This document shows, one piece after another, positions 1-9,189 of a DNA stretch of 64,000 bases; position 1 is the first letter of the stretch; every line of letters starts with the position of its first letter. A program made the translations under genes and the position numbers. Origin of the DNA: Clostridiales bacterium. Lineage in GTDB: Bacteria; Bacillota; Clostridia; Lachnospirales; Cellulosilyticaceae. Below the pieces are notes generated by a model. That model was not told the DNA's origin, did not search any database, and saw only the letters and a program-made list of their open reading frames with translations. Location: contig DYCF01000018.1 in assembly GCA_019418225.1 (NCBI GenBank), forward strand, positions 15,854 through 79,853, read 5' to 3'.

Positions 1-1
1 T

Positions 2-349
2 TTAGGCGGCGTCATGGCTGCAAGTTATGCTGATGAAAATCCTGATTTAATTAAGGGTATTGCTTTTCTAGCTTCTTACCCTAATAAGGACTTAACGGAC
101 CAACCCCTTAAAGTCGTTTCCCTCTATGGCACCAACGATGGTGTCCTCAATATGTCTGCTTATCAAGACGCCAAAAGACTCTTACCAACGGATTCTGCTA
201 ACTATAAGGAAATTCCCCTTATAGGTGGCAATCATGCAGGCTTCGGAAATTATGGCTCACAGTCCGGGGATGCCACTGCTACTATTTCATCTAAAATACA
301 GCAAGAACTTACCGTTAATGCACTTATTAATCTAATGAATAATAACTAA
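2..349 (+). CDS. alpha/beta hydrolase (5'-truncated by window edge)
   Basis: Frame open from window start (LGGVMAA, end of the nucleophile elbow); GTNDGV (Asp) and GGNHAGFGNYG (His) motifs. Confidence 0.8.
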   Translation, partial: LGGVMAASYADENPDLIKGIAFLASYPNKDLTDQPLKVVSLYGTNDGVLNMSAYQDAKRLLPTDSANYKEIPLIGGNHAGFGNYGSQSGDATATISSKIQQELTVNALINLMNNN

Positions 350-355
350 TGAAAC

Positions 356-403
356 AAAAGGGCTATAACGAAATCCTTAAAAATCTCGTCATAGCCCTTT
401 TTT
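356..403. terminator. Intrinsic terminator between convergent genes
   Basis: aaaagggctat...atagcccttttt inverted repeat with A/T tails. Confidence 0.7.
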
Positions 404-484
404 AATATTGGCATATAAACAGCCCTTACTTCATCCCTTAACCTTTTTATATGCATTTCATATAACTGTCTCGGTATTGTTACT

Positions 485-1999
485 CTAAATCAACAATAAT
501 GCAACCACTGGTAATGCCATTAATATTAATGCCCATATCCAGTCGGCTTTTCTTGTTATAATTGTTACCATACCTAGAATCCAGGTTAAAATGGCACTTA
601 AGATAATGCCTACTTGTGCTTGCATCACGTAACATATAAAGTAAGCAATACAGCTTATAGTACATAATATAAGCCATATGTGACTCCCCTCTTTTTTCTC
701 AACTTGTGCATCTACGACAACGGCAATGCTAGTAGTAGCTGCACCTTCTACTGCTTGGCAGGTCAGCATACAACTTCCTACACCTCTTGCCCACAAAAAT
801 TGTGAACCATCTTTTTGACTTGCTACAGTTGCTACGCTACCATCAGTCGTATACCACCTATATTCTGTATTATAGGCATCACTAGGTTCTACTGTAACCT
901 CTATAGGTTTCACCTCTCCTACCACAGCACGCCATTGGCTCTGGCTTAATGTAATCGTCTTAATCTGTGGCCTTACTATAAGTGTTATAGTCGCTTGCGT
1001 ATGTTCACCCTTTAAAGTAATCGTACACGTTCCTTCTGAAATGGTTCGTATTCTGCCCTCATCTAATATCACTGCAACCTTAGGATCATCACTTATGACT
1101 TCTATTTTTGTTACATCTTCTTCATCTATCGCATATTTTTCAAAATCCACTTTTTGAGTTTTATCAACTCCCATAACCATTTCCCCTAATGGCATAGGTG
1201 CTATTTCTTCTACTTCTTCTATTGCTTCTACTTCTTCCTCTACTTCAGTTGCTGCAACTTCGCCATCGCTCATAGCATCGCTATCAATTGCAATGGCCCT
1301 AGCCAATAGGTTTAATTCTTCTGCGCTTAAGTTTTCAGCTTCCTGCTGCAAGTCATGATGTAAGGCTATAATTCTTGGTGTATAAAGCTTTCTTTGTACT
1401 ACTGTTTCTAAAAATTTATAAGCCTCACTATCGGTAAGCCCAAGCACATAACTCTTACCTACTCTTCTGGCCTGAATAGGCTCATCTAAGTAAATAATGA
1501 ATTTGCCATCCTGCTTCTTTGCTAAATCTACGCTTTCTGGTTCATTATTAACCATAATAACATCTGCTTGTTTTTCTTCAAAAGTTGTTGTATAACGCAT
1601 AGGTAAAGCAATCTTTCGAATAGCTTCATCACATATTAAAATGTTATCTTCAAACTTTTTATAATCTGCAAGATACTTTTTCCCTAATGTTTCTAATGTA
1701 TTTAAACGGATTTCATCACTTTCATCTACTTCAAATGGTTCATAAATATATTCTGTACACCTTGAATGAGCTGTCTTTAAGTGACTAAGTAATATATTTT
1801 CAAATTCCCCTGCTGTAACGATTAATTTAAATTCATCCCCAATAGCTTCTTCTACTATTTCAAAAAATATATAAGCCCACTCCAAAAATGGACGTTTCTC
1901 TAAACTATTTAATGTACTACTTGGTGAGAGCGGCTTATCATTAATGCGTATAGAATTAGTATTTTGATACGGATTAATCTTTAACTTTACTACATTCAT
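485..1999 (-). CDS. Membrane-anchored protein with bacterial Ig-like (Big_2-type) domains
   Basis: ATG at 1999 after AGGAG; Ig-like segments (SDDPKVAVI...G.CTIT; VEPSDAYN..Y.W.TTDGSVATV); three C-terminal hydrophobic helices. Confidence 0.7.
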   Translation of the reverse strand: MNVVKLKINPYQNTNSIRINDKPLSPSSTLNSLEKRPFLEWAYIFFEIVEEAIGDEFKLIVTAGEFENILLSHLKTAHSRCTEYIYEPFEVDESDEIRLNTLETLGKKYLADYKKFEDNILICDEAIRKIALPMRYTTTFEEKQADVIMVNNEPESVDLAKKQDGKFIIYLDEPIQARRVGKSYVLGLTDSEAYKFLETVVQRKLYTPRIIALHHDLQQEAENLSAEELNLLARAIAIDSDAMSDGEVAATEVEEEVEAIEEVEEIAPMPLGEMVMGVDKTQKVDFEKYAIDEEDVTKIEVISDDPKVAVILDEGRIRTISEGTCTITLKGEHTQATITLIVRPQIKTITLSQSQWRAVVGEVKPIEVTVEPSDAYNTEYRWYTTDGSVATVASQKDGSQFLWARGVGSCMLTCQAVEGAATTSIAVVVDAQVEKKEGSHIWLILCTISCIAYFICYVMQAQVGIILSAILTWILGMVTIITRKADWIWALILMALPVVALLLI

Positions 2000-2049
2000 A
2001 TATCTAATCTCCTTTAGTTTAATAATGTATCCCACTAGCTTTTCCTATA

Positions 2050-2088
2050 TAAATTTAGGGATGTTCATTATGACCATCCCTAAATTTA
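2050..2088. terminator. Stem-loop, probable terminator
   Basis: taaatttagggatg / catccctaaattta 14-bp inverted repeat. Confidence 0.5.
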
Positions 2089-2148
2089 AGCACTATTTCT
2101 CTTCCGTATTTCATTCTACATAGATTTCTTTTCTATAGATTTATCTTC

Positions 2149-2205
2149 TATAGATTTCACATTTATAAAACTTAGTGATTCATAGTTTTATAAATGTGAA
2201 ATCAT
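2149..2205 (+). repeat. Half copy (first hairpin only) of the 111-bp dispersed repeat
   Basis: tatagatttcacatttataaaa...atgtgaaatcat; perfect 20-bp arms at 2153-2172 and 2184-2203. Confidence 0.85.
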
Positions 2206-2277
2206 TTATATATGTGTCCCATTATTAATATTATATTTTCTTTAATCTAATAATTCAATATTTACTAAAAATTATTT

Positions 2278-2772
2278 CTAAATTTCCTTTCTCAACTTCT
2301 CCAATGCCTTCTGCTTCTTATTTTCTACTGTCCTATACTTTAAATTTAATCGTTCTGCTATAACCTTTAACGGCATTTGTTTCATGTAATACTCACAAAT
2401 AATTTCATATTCTATATCTGAAAGCACACTTAAGCATTTCTCGCATAACATTTTGCTAATAATCTTTTCTTCAATACTGATAGTCTCATCTACATATCCT
2501 GTTTCATCTTCTAAAAGTGTGAACTGTCTTAGCTTGATTTTACGATTCATATTGGCACGCCAGCCATAGAGCCTTGCCCGATAATATGTTCCAAAGGTTA
2601 CCCCTAAACTTTCATCATAGTTTTCCCATGTCTCTCTAAAGATGAAGTAACATTCCTGCTCTATATCTTCCTTTTCATACCCAAATAAATACGTCTCCCT
2701 ACAAAACTTATTACGTAAATTCCTTAGTTTCTCCCACCACATCTCAAATGCACTTTCTACACTTGGTTTCAT
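2278..2772 (-). CDS. Sigma-70 family (SigH/ComX-like) sigma factor
   Basis: Region 2-like YEKEDIEQEC...YDESLGVTFGTY; region 4 HTH LKVIAERLNLKYRTVENKKQKALEKLR. Confidence 0.8.
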   Translation of the reverse strand: MKPSVESAFEMWWEKLRNLRNKFCRETYLFGYEKEDIEQECYFIFRETWENYDESLGVTFGTYYRARLYGWRANMNRKIKLRQFTLLEDETGYVDETISIEEKIISKMLCEKCLSVLSDIEYEIICEYYMKQMPLKVIAERLNLKYRTVENKKQKALEKLRKEI

Positions 2773-2973
2773 CTCAGCTTCTTTCCGCTGCAGCTGTTTT
2801 ATTTGCGCAACTCAAAGATAGCATATTCCTCATTTCCTATAAAACCTAACAAGGCACTACGTCTTACGCGCCCTAGACCTATTTGCTGCATTTACAGTAC
2901 TCAGTTCCTCCTTTAGGCGCTTCTTCTATTGCATTGTAGCCTTTCTAGCATATTTTATATATTTACACATTAA

Positions 2974-3021
2974 AAAAGCAGTTTGAAAAGTCTTAACGCA
3001 TTACCTCTTCAAACTGCTTTT
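2974..3021 (-). terminator. Intrinsic terminator after hemerythrin gene
   Basis: aaaagcagtttgaa / ttcaaactgctttt inverted repeat. Confidence 0.7.
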
Positions 3022-3031
3022 ATTTATTGAT

Positions 3032-3376
3032 TTATTTATGCTTTACCTGAAAGCACTTTTTATCTTCTTGTAAAATATGTGTGAAAAACCATTGTTGTAA
3101 AAATGTTCTTAACTTCTTTAGCTCTGCTGTTGGATTTTTAAGCAGCTCCTCACAGTCCACAGCATTGATAACCTTCATAAATTCCTCATGCTGCGCTTTA
3201 TGTTCGCCTAAATAAATGCTATTATTTTTCAGCAAAATTTGTTCCTCTGTATAAAAATGATATGTCATGTAATCCCTAATCTCACATAACGTGTCTAATA
3301 TCTGCTGATGTTGGCGATCTATTTCTTCTACCCCTACACTGATACTGTCATCCCAATCAAACTGAAAATCAAACAC
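3032..3376 (-). CDS. Bacteriohemerythrin, internally shortened
   Basis: W..S.SVGV.EID.QH, HF..EE, H..QH, HI..ED iron-ligand motifs. Confidence 0.85.
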   Translation of the reverse strand: MFDFQFDWDDSISVGVEEIDRQHQQILDTLCEIRDYMTYHFYTEEQILLKNNSIYLGEHKAQHEEFMKVINAVDCEELLKNPTAELKKLRTFLQQWFFTHILQEDKKCFQVKHK

Positions 3377-3521
3377 TTTACTATCCTCACTTTACTACTT
3401 TCTCCTCTCCCCTCTTTATAATCTATCTCCATTTCCCGTTTCTAATTCTTACCTTCTTATTCCTTACTCCTCAATTATCCCGCTGTGCGTCTCCTCTCCC
3501 TTCTCTCCTTTTTATTTTTCA

Positions 3522-4457
3522 TTATAAATTACCAGCCTTCCCCTTTACCGCCTTTAGGATGCACACTTCAATGTACACTTTGAAACAATACGCCCCCTTA
3601 GGTATGGCAATGCCACACTTCTGATGGATTTGCCTCATAAGTGGCTTTACAATTTGCTTTAAAATGGCATCATTGGTTAGTGGAAGTTGTTGCTGAATAT
3701 TGGTTAACTCACCAATGGCTTGCGGTGTTAATATTTCTCGTTGTAACTTTTCAGTAGCAGCCTCTACTATGTCATACCTTTCTTGAAGTTCGCTTCTAAT
3801 TGTCTCTATGTTATTTATTTTTTGTTCTAAAACTTGAAGCTGCTCTTCTAATACAGTTTCATTGTTTTTTTCTTTTAGAATACCTAAATCATATAGCGGC
3901 TTCTTCATTAAATAACCTAGTTTTCTTTTTCTACAACGCATCTCTCGATGCTGCTTTTGCAAGCTTTTATAAGAAGCAATTAATTCTTCCATAAGCTGAT
4001 TTGCCTGTGTTAGACATGTAGGCTCTTGTGCTATTTCTAAGCTGCTATTGTCCTCCTTAGTATTTCCATCTCTCAGTAACGTTGCTGTCTGCTTAAGGTG
4101 CTCTATATTTTTGCTTTGTTTCTTTTGATACTCATAAACTTCTATAATATGGCTATTGATTTCTACCAGATTATCAAAAATGCTTTCTTTCATAAAAAAA
4201 TGTTTTGCTTTCTCTTCAAATAATCTATAAGCCTCTGAAGCTTTTATGTTATTTATTATGTCCTCGTACCAACTTTTAATATCCCCATTTAGCATTTCTA
4301 AAAAAGCATCTGAATAAATAAATTCTATAAATTCTGCTGGTAATGTCTGTTCATCCTGCCAGTTTAATGCCCTATATGCCTTTTCATCTTGGCCATAATC
4401 TGCCAGAAGATTGATATAATATTCTTCTGCTCTTCTAGGTTCCACCTCTCTATTCAA
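3522..4457 (-). CDS. Hypothetical coiled-coil protein
   Basis: 311-aa ORF with GGAGG RBS, E/K/Q/L heptad-rich; no recognised motif. Confidence 0.6.
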   Translation of the reverse strand: MNREVEPRRAEEYYINLLADYGQDEKAYRALNWQDEQTLPAEFIEFIYSDAFLEMLNGDIKSWYEDIINNIKASEAYRLFEEKAKHFFMKESIFDNLVEINSHIIEVYEYQKKQSKNIEHLKQTATLLRDGNTKEDNSSLEIAQEPTCLTQANQLMEELIASYKSLQKQHREMRCRKRKLGYLMKKPLYDLGILKEKNNETVLEEQLQVLEQKINNIETIRSELQERYDIVEAATEKLQREILTPQAIGELTNIQQQLPLTNDAILKQIVKPLMRQIHQKCGIAIPKGAYCFKVYIEVCILKAVKGKAGNL

Positions 4458-4563
4458 CTTTTTTTCTTCCTCCTGTTACTGATCCCTTGGTGATTTTTAT
4501 ATTTTCTTCTTTATTCTACCATATTCTTTTACTCTTCGTTATAAAAAATCACCTTAAAATCAC

Positions 4564-7251
4564 CTATTTATCATCTCGTGGCTCTAACATAGACCTAATG
4601 TGCAATAAATTCCTTTCCTGATCCTTTGAAAGTGTGTCACCATTCACAAGTATTTCACCTATTTCTAAGAGGCTCATTATATTGGCACCTGCACATTTAA
4701 CTTGTCTTCTTCTCAAATCTTTAATAACAGCTAAAATCTTCTTGGCTGATTCTTCACTAATGCAATCTCTTCGCCTTCGTCTATCACCTATCTCTATCAG
4801 TGCATACATCCCATTATAAGTAATATAAGTTACATCTTGTCGCTGTTCCTTGTTAATAATATCTATAATGACAGGGATACTATACTCCACTTGTGAAATA
4901 TCAATAGGATGTGTATTTTCTCTGCTCCCTATCTTACCAATTGCCCAAAGTGTAGATATATTCGTTTTTTCTTGTGAAATAGTTAAATAACGAATAAGTA
5001 CATCCATAGATTCTCTTGTGGTCGCAACCTTACCTAATGATATAATCACAGCGTCAACTAAGCCTCTCATATTGGGTCTTTTGATATTCAGCAATTCTCT
5101 TAATATCTCTTCTATCTGATTATCTCCCGTTTTGCCTATTGCCTCTATGAGATATCTATAATATTGAATTTTTCTCGTTTCAATAAAAAAGCTCTGTTTA
5201 AGATCTGTAATTTCTTTACTTACATAAGTTAAAAATTGTTGATTGAGTCCCGTCACTTTCATTAAGTTCCCTGCTGTAAGTGCTAATCTACTTAATGTAA
5301 ATATATCTGACTCCTTATTCATGCGTTGCATCAGCCAGCCCATAAGTTCGTTTTTATTGCTGCCGCTTACTATCATCTTCTCCGCTGCCTTAATCTTTAG
5401 CATACAATTACTCTTATCTTGTACATATTTTTCCCGTGAATAACGCTTACACTGTTTCATGAGCTGTTCAATTATACCTTCACCTACCACATATTCTGTG
5501 GTATCTTCATAGGCTTCTTTTAGATTCTTTCTCCCGATATTTTTTAATCTGGCATCTTCTACTTCTGCTGCTTCTCTTTCTTCCTCCATTAAATATCTGA
5601 TTTCCATCGTATATTTATGCGCCACATCTTCATTAATCCATGCTTTCGTTGTGGCAATACCAGCTTCATCTATTTCTAGCTGAATAGAAATCTTATCTCT
5701 TTTATGCAAAGGTCTATCAAAGGTAATTTCCCGCATAGCTATTTGTTTATTGGGCAAATGGGTGTCCTCTCTGCTCCCGCGATAAAACGGAATCTCTATA
5801 GATGTGGTGCCATCCCTTACTGCAAATTCATCATAAACTGGTGATGTAAAAGGTAAGATTACACCTGGCTTTGCCAAATGCCTTACATACCCCCCTATCG
5901 TTTCAATGCCAATGCCATCATTTAAGATATTTGAAATCTGCAACCCATTGTGTAATGCATGATGATAATATACAGCACCTAATGCCACTGATAAATCAGG
6001 ATTTTGTACTTCTAAAGGTTCTATGCCAAAGAACTCCTTTAATCGTCTTTGAATAAGTGGCAATTTGGTCATGCCACCATTTAAAAGCACCGCATCCACT
6101 TTCACACATTTACCTTCTTTTTGATATGCCTTGCTTAGTACATCTAATATAGGATAGATTATATTATTTACATCTAAGATTTCGCCTGCTTCTACCCTTG
6201 CTACATCTTGTAAGGTATAGTCCTTAGCAAGTAATTCTGCTACCACTTCTTCGTATTCTTTCTCTGTGATTTTTTCGTCAATAGGCACACCGCCCATAAT
6301 AGCTGGATGACTAATCTCTATGACGACTTCCTCTATAGGCTCCTCTATGGCTTGCTGCTCATAAATGAGTTTATACTGCTGATAGCATGCTACAATATCC
6401 TTTTTCGCCTTTTCAGCTAACTTCTTTAATTTTTGTAATCCTACCTCTTTTTCTTGATGATTAATCCCCTTTACCTTATGGGCAATCTTATTGTATAAGT
6501 ATCTGGAAAACAATATATCAAAGTTGTCCCCGCCCACCAATGTATGTCTGGATATAGCATAATCCTCAAATTTAACTTCTTCATTTTCATCACGCCATAC
6601 CTTATGAAGAGAGACATCTAGCGTCCCTCCCCCTAAGTCATACACCAAAATATTTTTAGGCTTCTCTAATGCTAACACTGCTTCTGGGAAAAGGTCTCTA
6701 TCTAGGCCATCAATAAAGTTATATAATGCAGCCCTTGGTTCATCTAAAAGTATATTACGCATAGAGCCATCTTCATTTTTTACCTTAATGCCTGCTAGCT
6801 CCGCTGCCTTCAAGGTATCTCTTCTCATTTCACTATCGAAGGATGCTGGTACTGTAATAATCACATCATCTGGAAATTGTCTAAAGAATGTTTTTGCATT
6901 TGCCAAAGCAAATCTTATAATATAGCTGCTAATCTGAGGTGCCGTATATTTCTTATCTAAAATGTAATATTCTCTTCCTGTTCCCATGCTACTTTTCACA
7001 GATGTCACTACCTGCCGTGGCACTTTTGCCGCCATCTCCTTGGCATAACTGCCCACTATAGGATTCGCCTTCTGATCCATATAAACACAGGATGGGACAA
7101 CTTCCTGTTCTATAAATTCCCCATTACTCTGAGGTACCTTAAGCCGCATTATATGCGCCTCAAACCTCTTGCTCTTATGATTAAATGTCCCATATGCAAT
7201 AGCCGTATTAGTCGTTCCTAAGTCAATCGCGCAATAAAAATTGTGGTTCAT
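4564..7251 (-). CDS. Atypical Hsp70-family protein with C-terminal HEAT-like helical repeats
   Basis: IDLGTTNT, TVPASF, DEPRAA, YDLGGGTLDVS, GGDNFD, GGMTKLP, NPDLSVALGA; ~330-aa tail with repeats IEAIGKT / IISLGKV / LWAIGKI / MYALIEI. Confidence 0.9.
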   Translation of the reverse strand: MNHNFYCAIDLGTTNTAIAYGTFNHKSKRFEAHIMRLKVPQSNGEFIEQEVVPSCVYMDQKANPIVGSYAKEMAAKVPRQVVTSVKSSMGTGREYYILDKKYTAPQISSYIIRFALANAKTFFRQFPDDVIITVPASFDSEMRRDTLKAAELAGIKVKNEDGSMRNILLDEPRAALYNFIDGLDRDLFPEAVLALEKPKNILVYDLGGGTLDVSLHKVWRDENEEVKFEDYAISRHTLVGGDNFDILFSRYLYNKIAHKVKGINHQEKEVGLQKLKKLAEKAKKDIVACYQQYKLIYEQQAIEEPIEEVVIEISHPAIMGGVPIDEKITEKEYEEVVAELLAKDYTLQDVARVEAGEILDVNNIIYPILDVLSKAYQKEGKCVKVDAVLLNGGMTKLPLIQRRLKEFFGIEPLEVQNPDLSVALGAVYYHHALHNGLQISNILNDGIGIETIGGYVRHLAKPGVILPFTSPVYDEFAVRDGTTSIEIPFYRGSREDTHLPNKQIAMREITFDRPLHKRDKISIQLEIDEAGIATTKAWINEDVAHKYTMEIRYLMEEEREAAEVEDARLKNIGRKNLKEAYEDTTEYVVGEGIIEQLMKQCKRYSREKYVQDKSNCMLKIKAAEKMIVSGSNKNELMGWLMQRMNKESDIFTLSRLALTAGNLMKVTGLNQQFLTYVSKEITDLKQSFFIETRKIQYYRYLIEAIGKTGDNQIEEILRELLNIKRPNMRGLVDAVIISLGKVATTRESMDVLIRYLTISQEKTNISTLWAIGKIGSRENTHPIDISQVEYSIPVIIDIINKEQRQDVTYITYNGMYALIEIGDRRRRRDCISEESAKKILAVIKDLRRRQVKCAGANIMSLLEIGEILVNGDTLSKDQERNLLHIRSMLEPRDDK

Positions 7252-8249
7252 CCTGTCACCTTCTTACCCATATAAACTGGCTTCGATATGATGCTCTCTT
7301 TATATCGCCAACCGGGTGACTTCACCTCTATATCTCTCTTATCTTCATCACTCATAAAAGGGTCTCCATAATATATACAATCATCTAATTCCTGCTTGGT
7401 TGTAATAAAATGCTTCTTATGCGTGACTGCCGTTATCCCATAGTTCTTTAGAAATCTAGCAAGGCCTTTTATTAGCACCATCATAGATTGTAGCTCTTCT
7501 GGTACCACATACCCCTTTGCTTCTAATTCTAATATCTTTTCATTACATTTACTCAGTTCATTGAGTAAATTGCCTTGGTCATCTTCATTAAGTGCACTTA
7601 AAAACTGGGCAATATATTTTTGCTGCTCGTTCTTTTGATTTTTATCTATATGATTTTCATAATCTCTTAACTGCGTTTGACTCAGTTTCAAAGCACTTTT
7701 TAAATCCATATAGCTTGTGTCATTGTATACCTTAATACCTGCTGACATTGCCATCTTATCTATGAATTCTCTCATGAAATGCTTAGCCGTTACACAGGTC
7801 ATTGCCTGCATTAATTCCCCATAAGTGCTCAGTAACCTTCTATCTAATAATTGTGCAAAATAATAGGTGACAAGTTTATATTGTATTGCCATCCACTTCC
7901 TATCATTCAAGCTTTTGTATACTTGAGTATATTTATTTTTAGTTGTATCTCCACCAATACTGAAGGCATATATGGCTTCAGCTACTTCTTTACTCTCTTT
8001 AATCAGTTCTTCTCGCTTTTTCTTGCTTAGATTATCTATATCCTTTAGGCACCATCTAACAACTCTTCCCTCATACCCCTTTTTAATTAACTCTTCTTCA
8101 TAATGTTTAATCTGAGCGGTAGGTGTGCTTTCCATCAATTCTACAATTTCTTCCTCTACTTTAGCCTTCATCACTAATTTTTTATCATACTTCATAATTT
8201 GTGATTTAAAGTTTACAAAATTAAATTTTAGAATTTCCTCTCCGTCCAT
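7248..8249 (-). CDS. GrpE-like protein with extended N-terminus
   Basis: Coiled coil followed by EVKSPGWRYKESIISKPV, resembling the GrpE beta-domain; ATGA overlap with the Hsp70 gene. Confidence 0.6.
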   Translation of the reverse strand: MDGEEILKFNFVNFKSQIMKYDKKLVMKAKVEEEIVELMESTPTAQIKHYEEELIKKGYEGRVVRWCLKDIDNLSKKKREELIKESKEVAEAIYAFSIGGDTTKNKYTQVYKSLNDRKWMAIQYKLVTYYFAQLLDRRLLSTYGELMQAMTCVTAKHFMREFIDKMAMSAGIKVYNDTSYMDLKSALKLSQTQLRDYENHIDKNQKNEQQKYIAQFLSALNEDDQGNLLNELSKCNEKILELEAKGYVVPEELQSMMVLIKGLARFLKNYGITAVTHKKHFITTKQELDDCIYYGDPFMSDEDKRDIEVKSPGWRYKESIISKPVYMGKKVTG

Positions 8250-9049
8250 TATTTCATCTCCACTTCATATACCTTCTTATTTTCCACCCGCACGACATCT
8301 ATATCTGGCATTTCTTCTTGTATTTGTGCCATAAGTGTCATCGCTTTATATTGCATATTCTGATGCACCAAGAATAAATGTTTAGGACTTACAAGCCTCA
8401 CAAATTGCACCAATTCATCATAGTCTGCATGTCGCTTTGTATTGAGATTAACTTCATCCCTTTGCCCATGTGTGCTTTCCATAATGAGTACATTACATTG
8501 TTTCAAGATTTGTAGTACCTTTTTCTCACATTCCTTTGGGCTAAAGCCAGTTAGTGGAAAAGAGAAATCTCCCGTATATAAAACTCTAAAGTCCTTATAT
8601 TCCATTAAGGTCATAGCTGCACCGCTCATATGGCCAGCCGGTAAAAATGTTATCTTTACATTTCCAGAATAAAAGGATTTAAAATACTCATATGGAATGA
8701 TAGAGTGCATATAACTCTTTACCTTTAATGCTTCCTTATCCATCTCATACTTTGCAGTATTAATTTGTTCTAGTATCCTATCTCTAGTTTTAGGCGTTGC
8801 TATGATTCTAAATTTATCTGACTCCTCTTCTAAATATCTCACGCCCTCATAATGATCCTTATGGGCATGAGATATAATGATGGTCTTAATATCATACATA
8901 TTTTCAATTAAGGCATTCCTTAATAACTCATCATAATCTGGCAGTCTATTTCCTTCACTTCTAAGACCAAAGTCTAATAGAAGCTTCGTATCTCCTATTT
9001 GCAAGTAGTAGCTACTTGCACCTATTTCATCCCCTCCTCCTACTGCCAT
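8249..9049 (-). CDS. MBL-fold metallo-hydrolase of the CPSF/beta-CASP nuclease lineage, lacking the beta-CASP insertion
   Basis: GG..EIGASS, LLDFG, SHAHKDH, AGHMSGA, YTGDF, MESTHG, HAD, LVH motifs; TAATG overlap with next gene. Confidence 0.85.
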   Translation of the reverse strand: MAVGGGDEIGASSYYLQIGDTKLLLDFGLRSEGNRLPDYDELLRNALIENMYDIKTIIISHAHKDHYEGVRYLEEESDKFRIIATPKTRDRILEQINTAKYEMDKEALKVKSYMHSIIPYEYFKSFYSGNVKITFLPAGHMSGAAMTLMEYKDFRVLYTGDFSFPLTGFSPKECEKKVLQILKQCNVLIMESTHGQRDEVNLNTKRHADYDELVQFVRLVSPKHLFLVHQNMQYKAMTLMAQIQEEMPDIDVVRVENKKVYEVEMK

Positions 9050-9189
9050 AAATACGATACGTTCTATAATCTCATCTCCTTACAACCACTTTACTTGGTT
9101 ATACTTCTTCTATATATACTATGGACTCCCACATACATATATGACGTATCCCGTAGCGTATTTAGGGGCAAGAGGCGGGCTATTCTTTT

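Noticed and set aside
4564..8249. Housekeeping dnaK-grpE operon
   Set aside because: No hrcA, dnaJ or CIRCE seen; the proteins are far longer and more divergent than DnaK and GrpE
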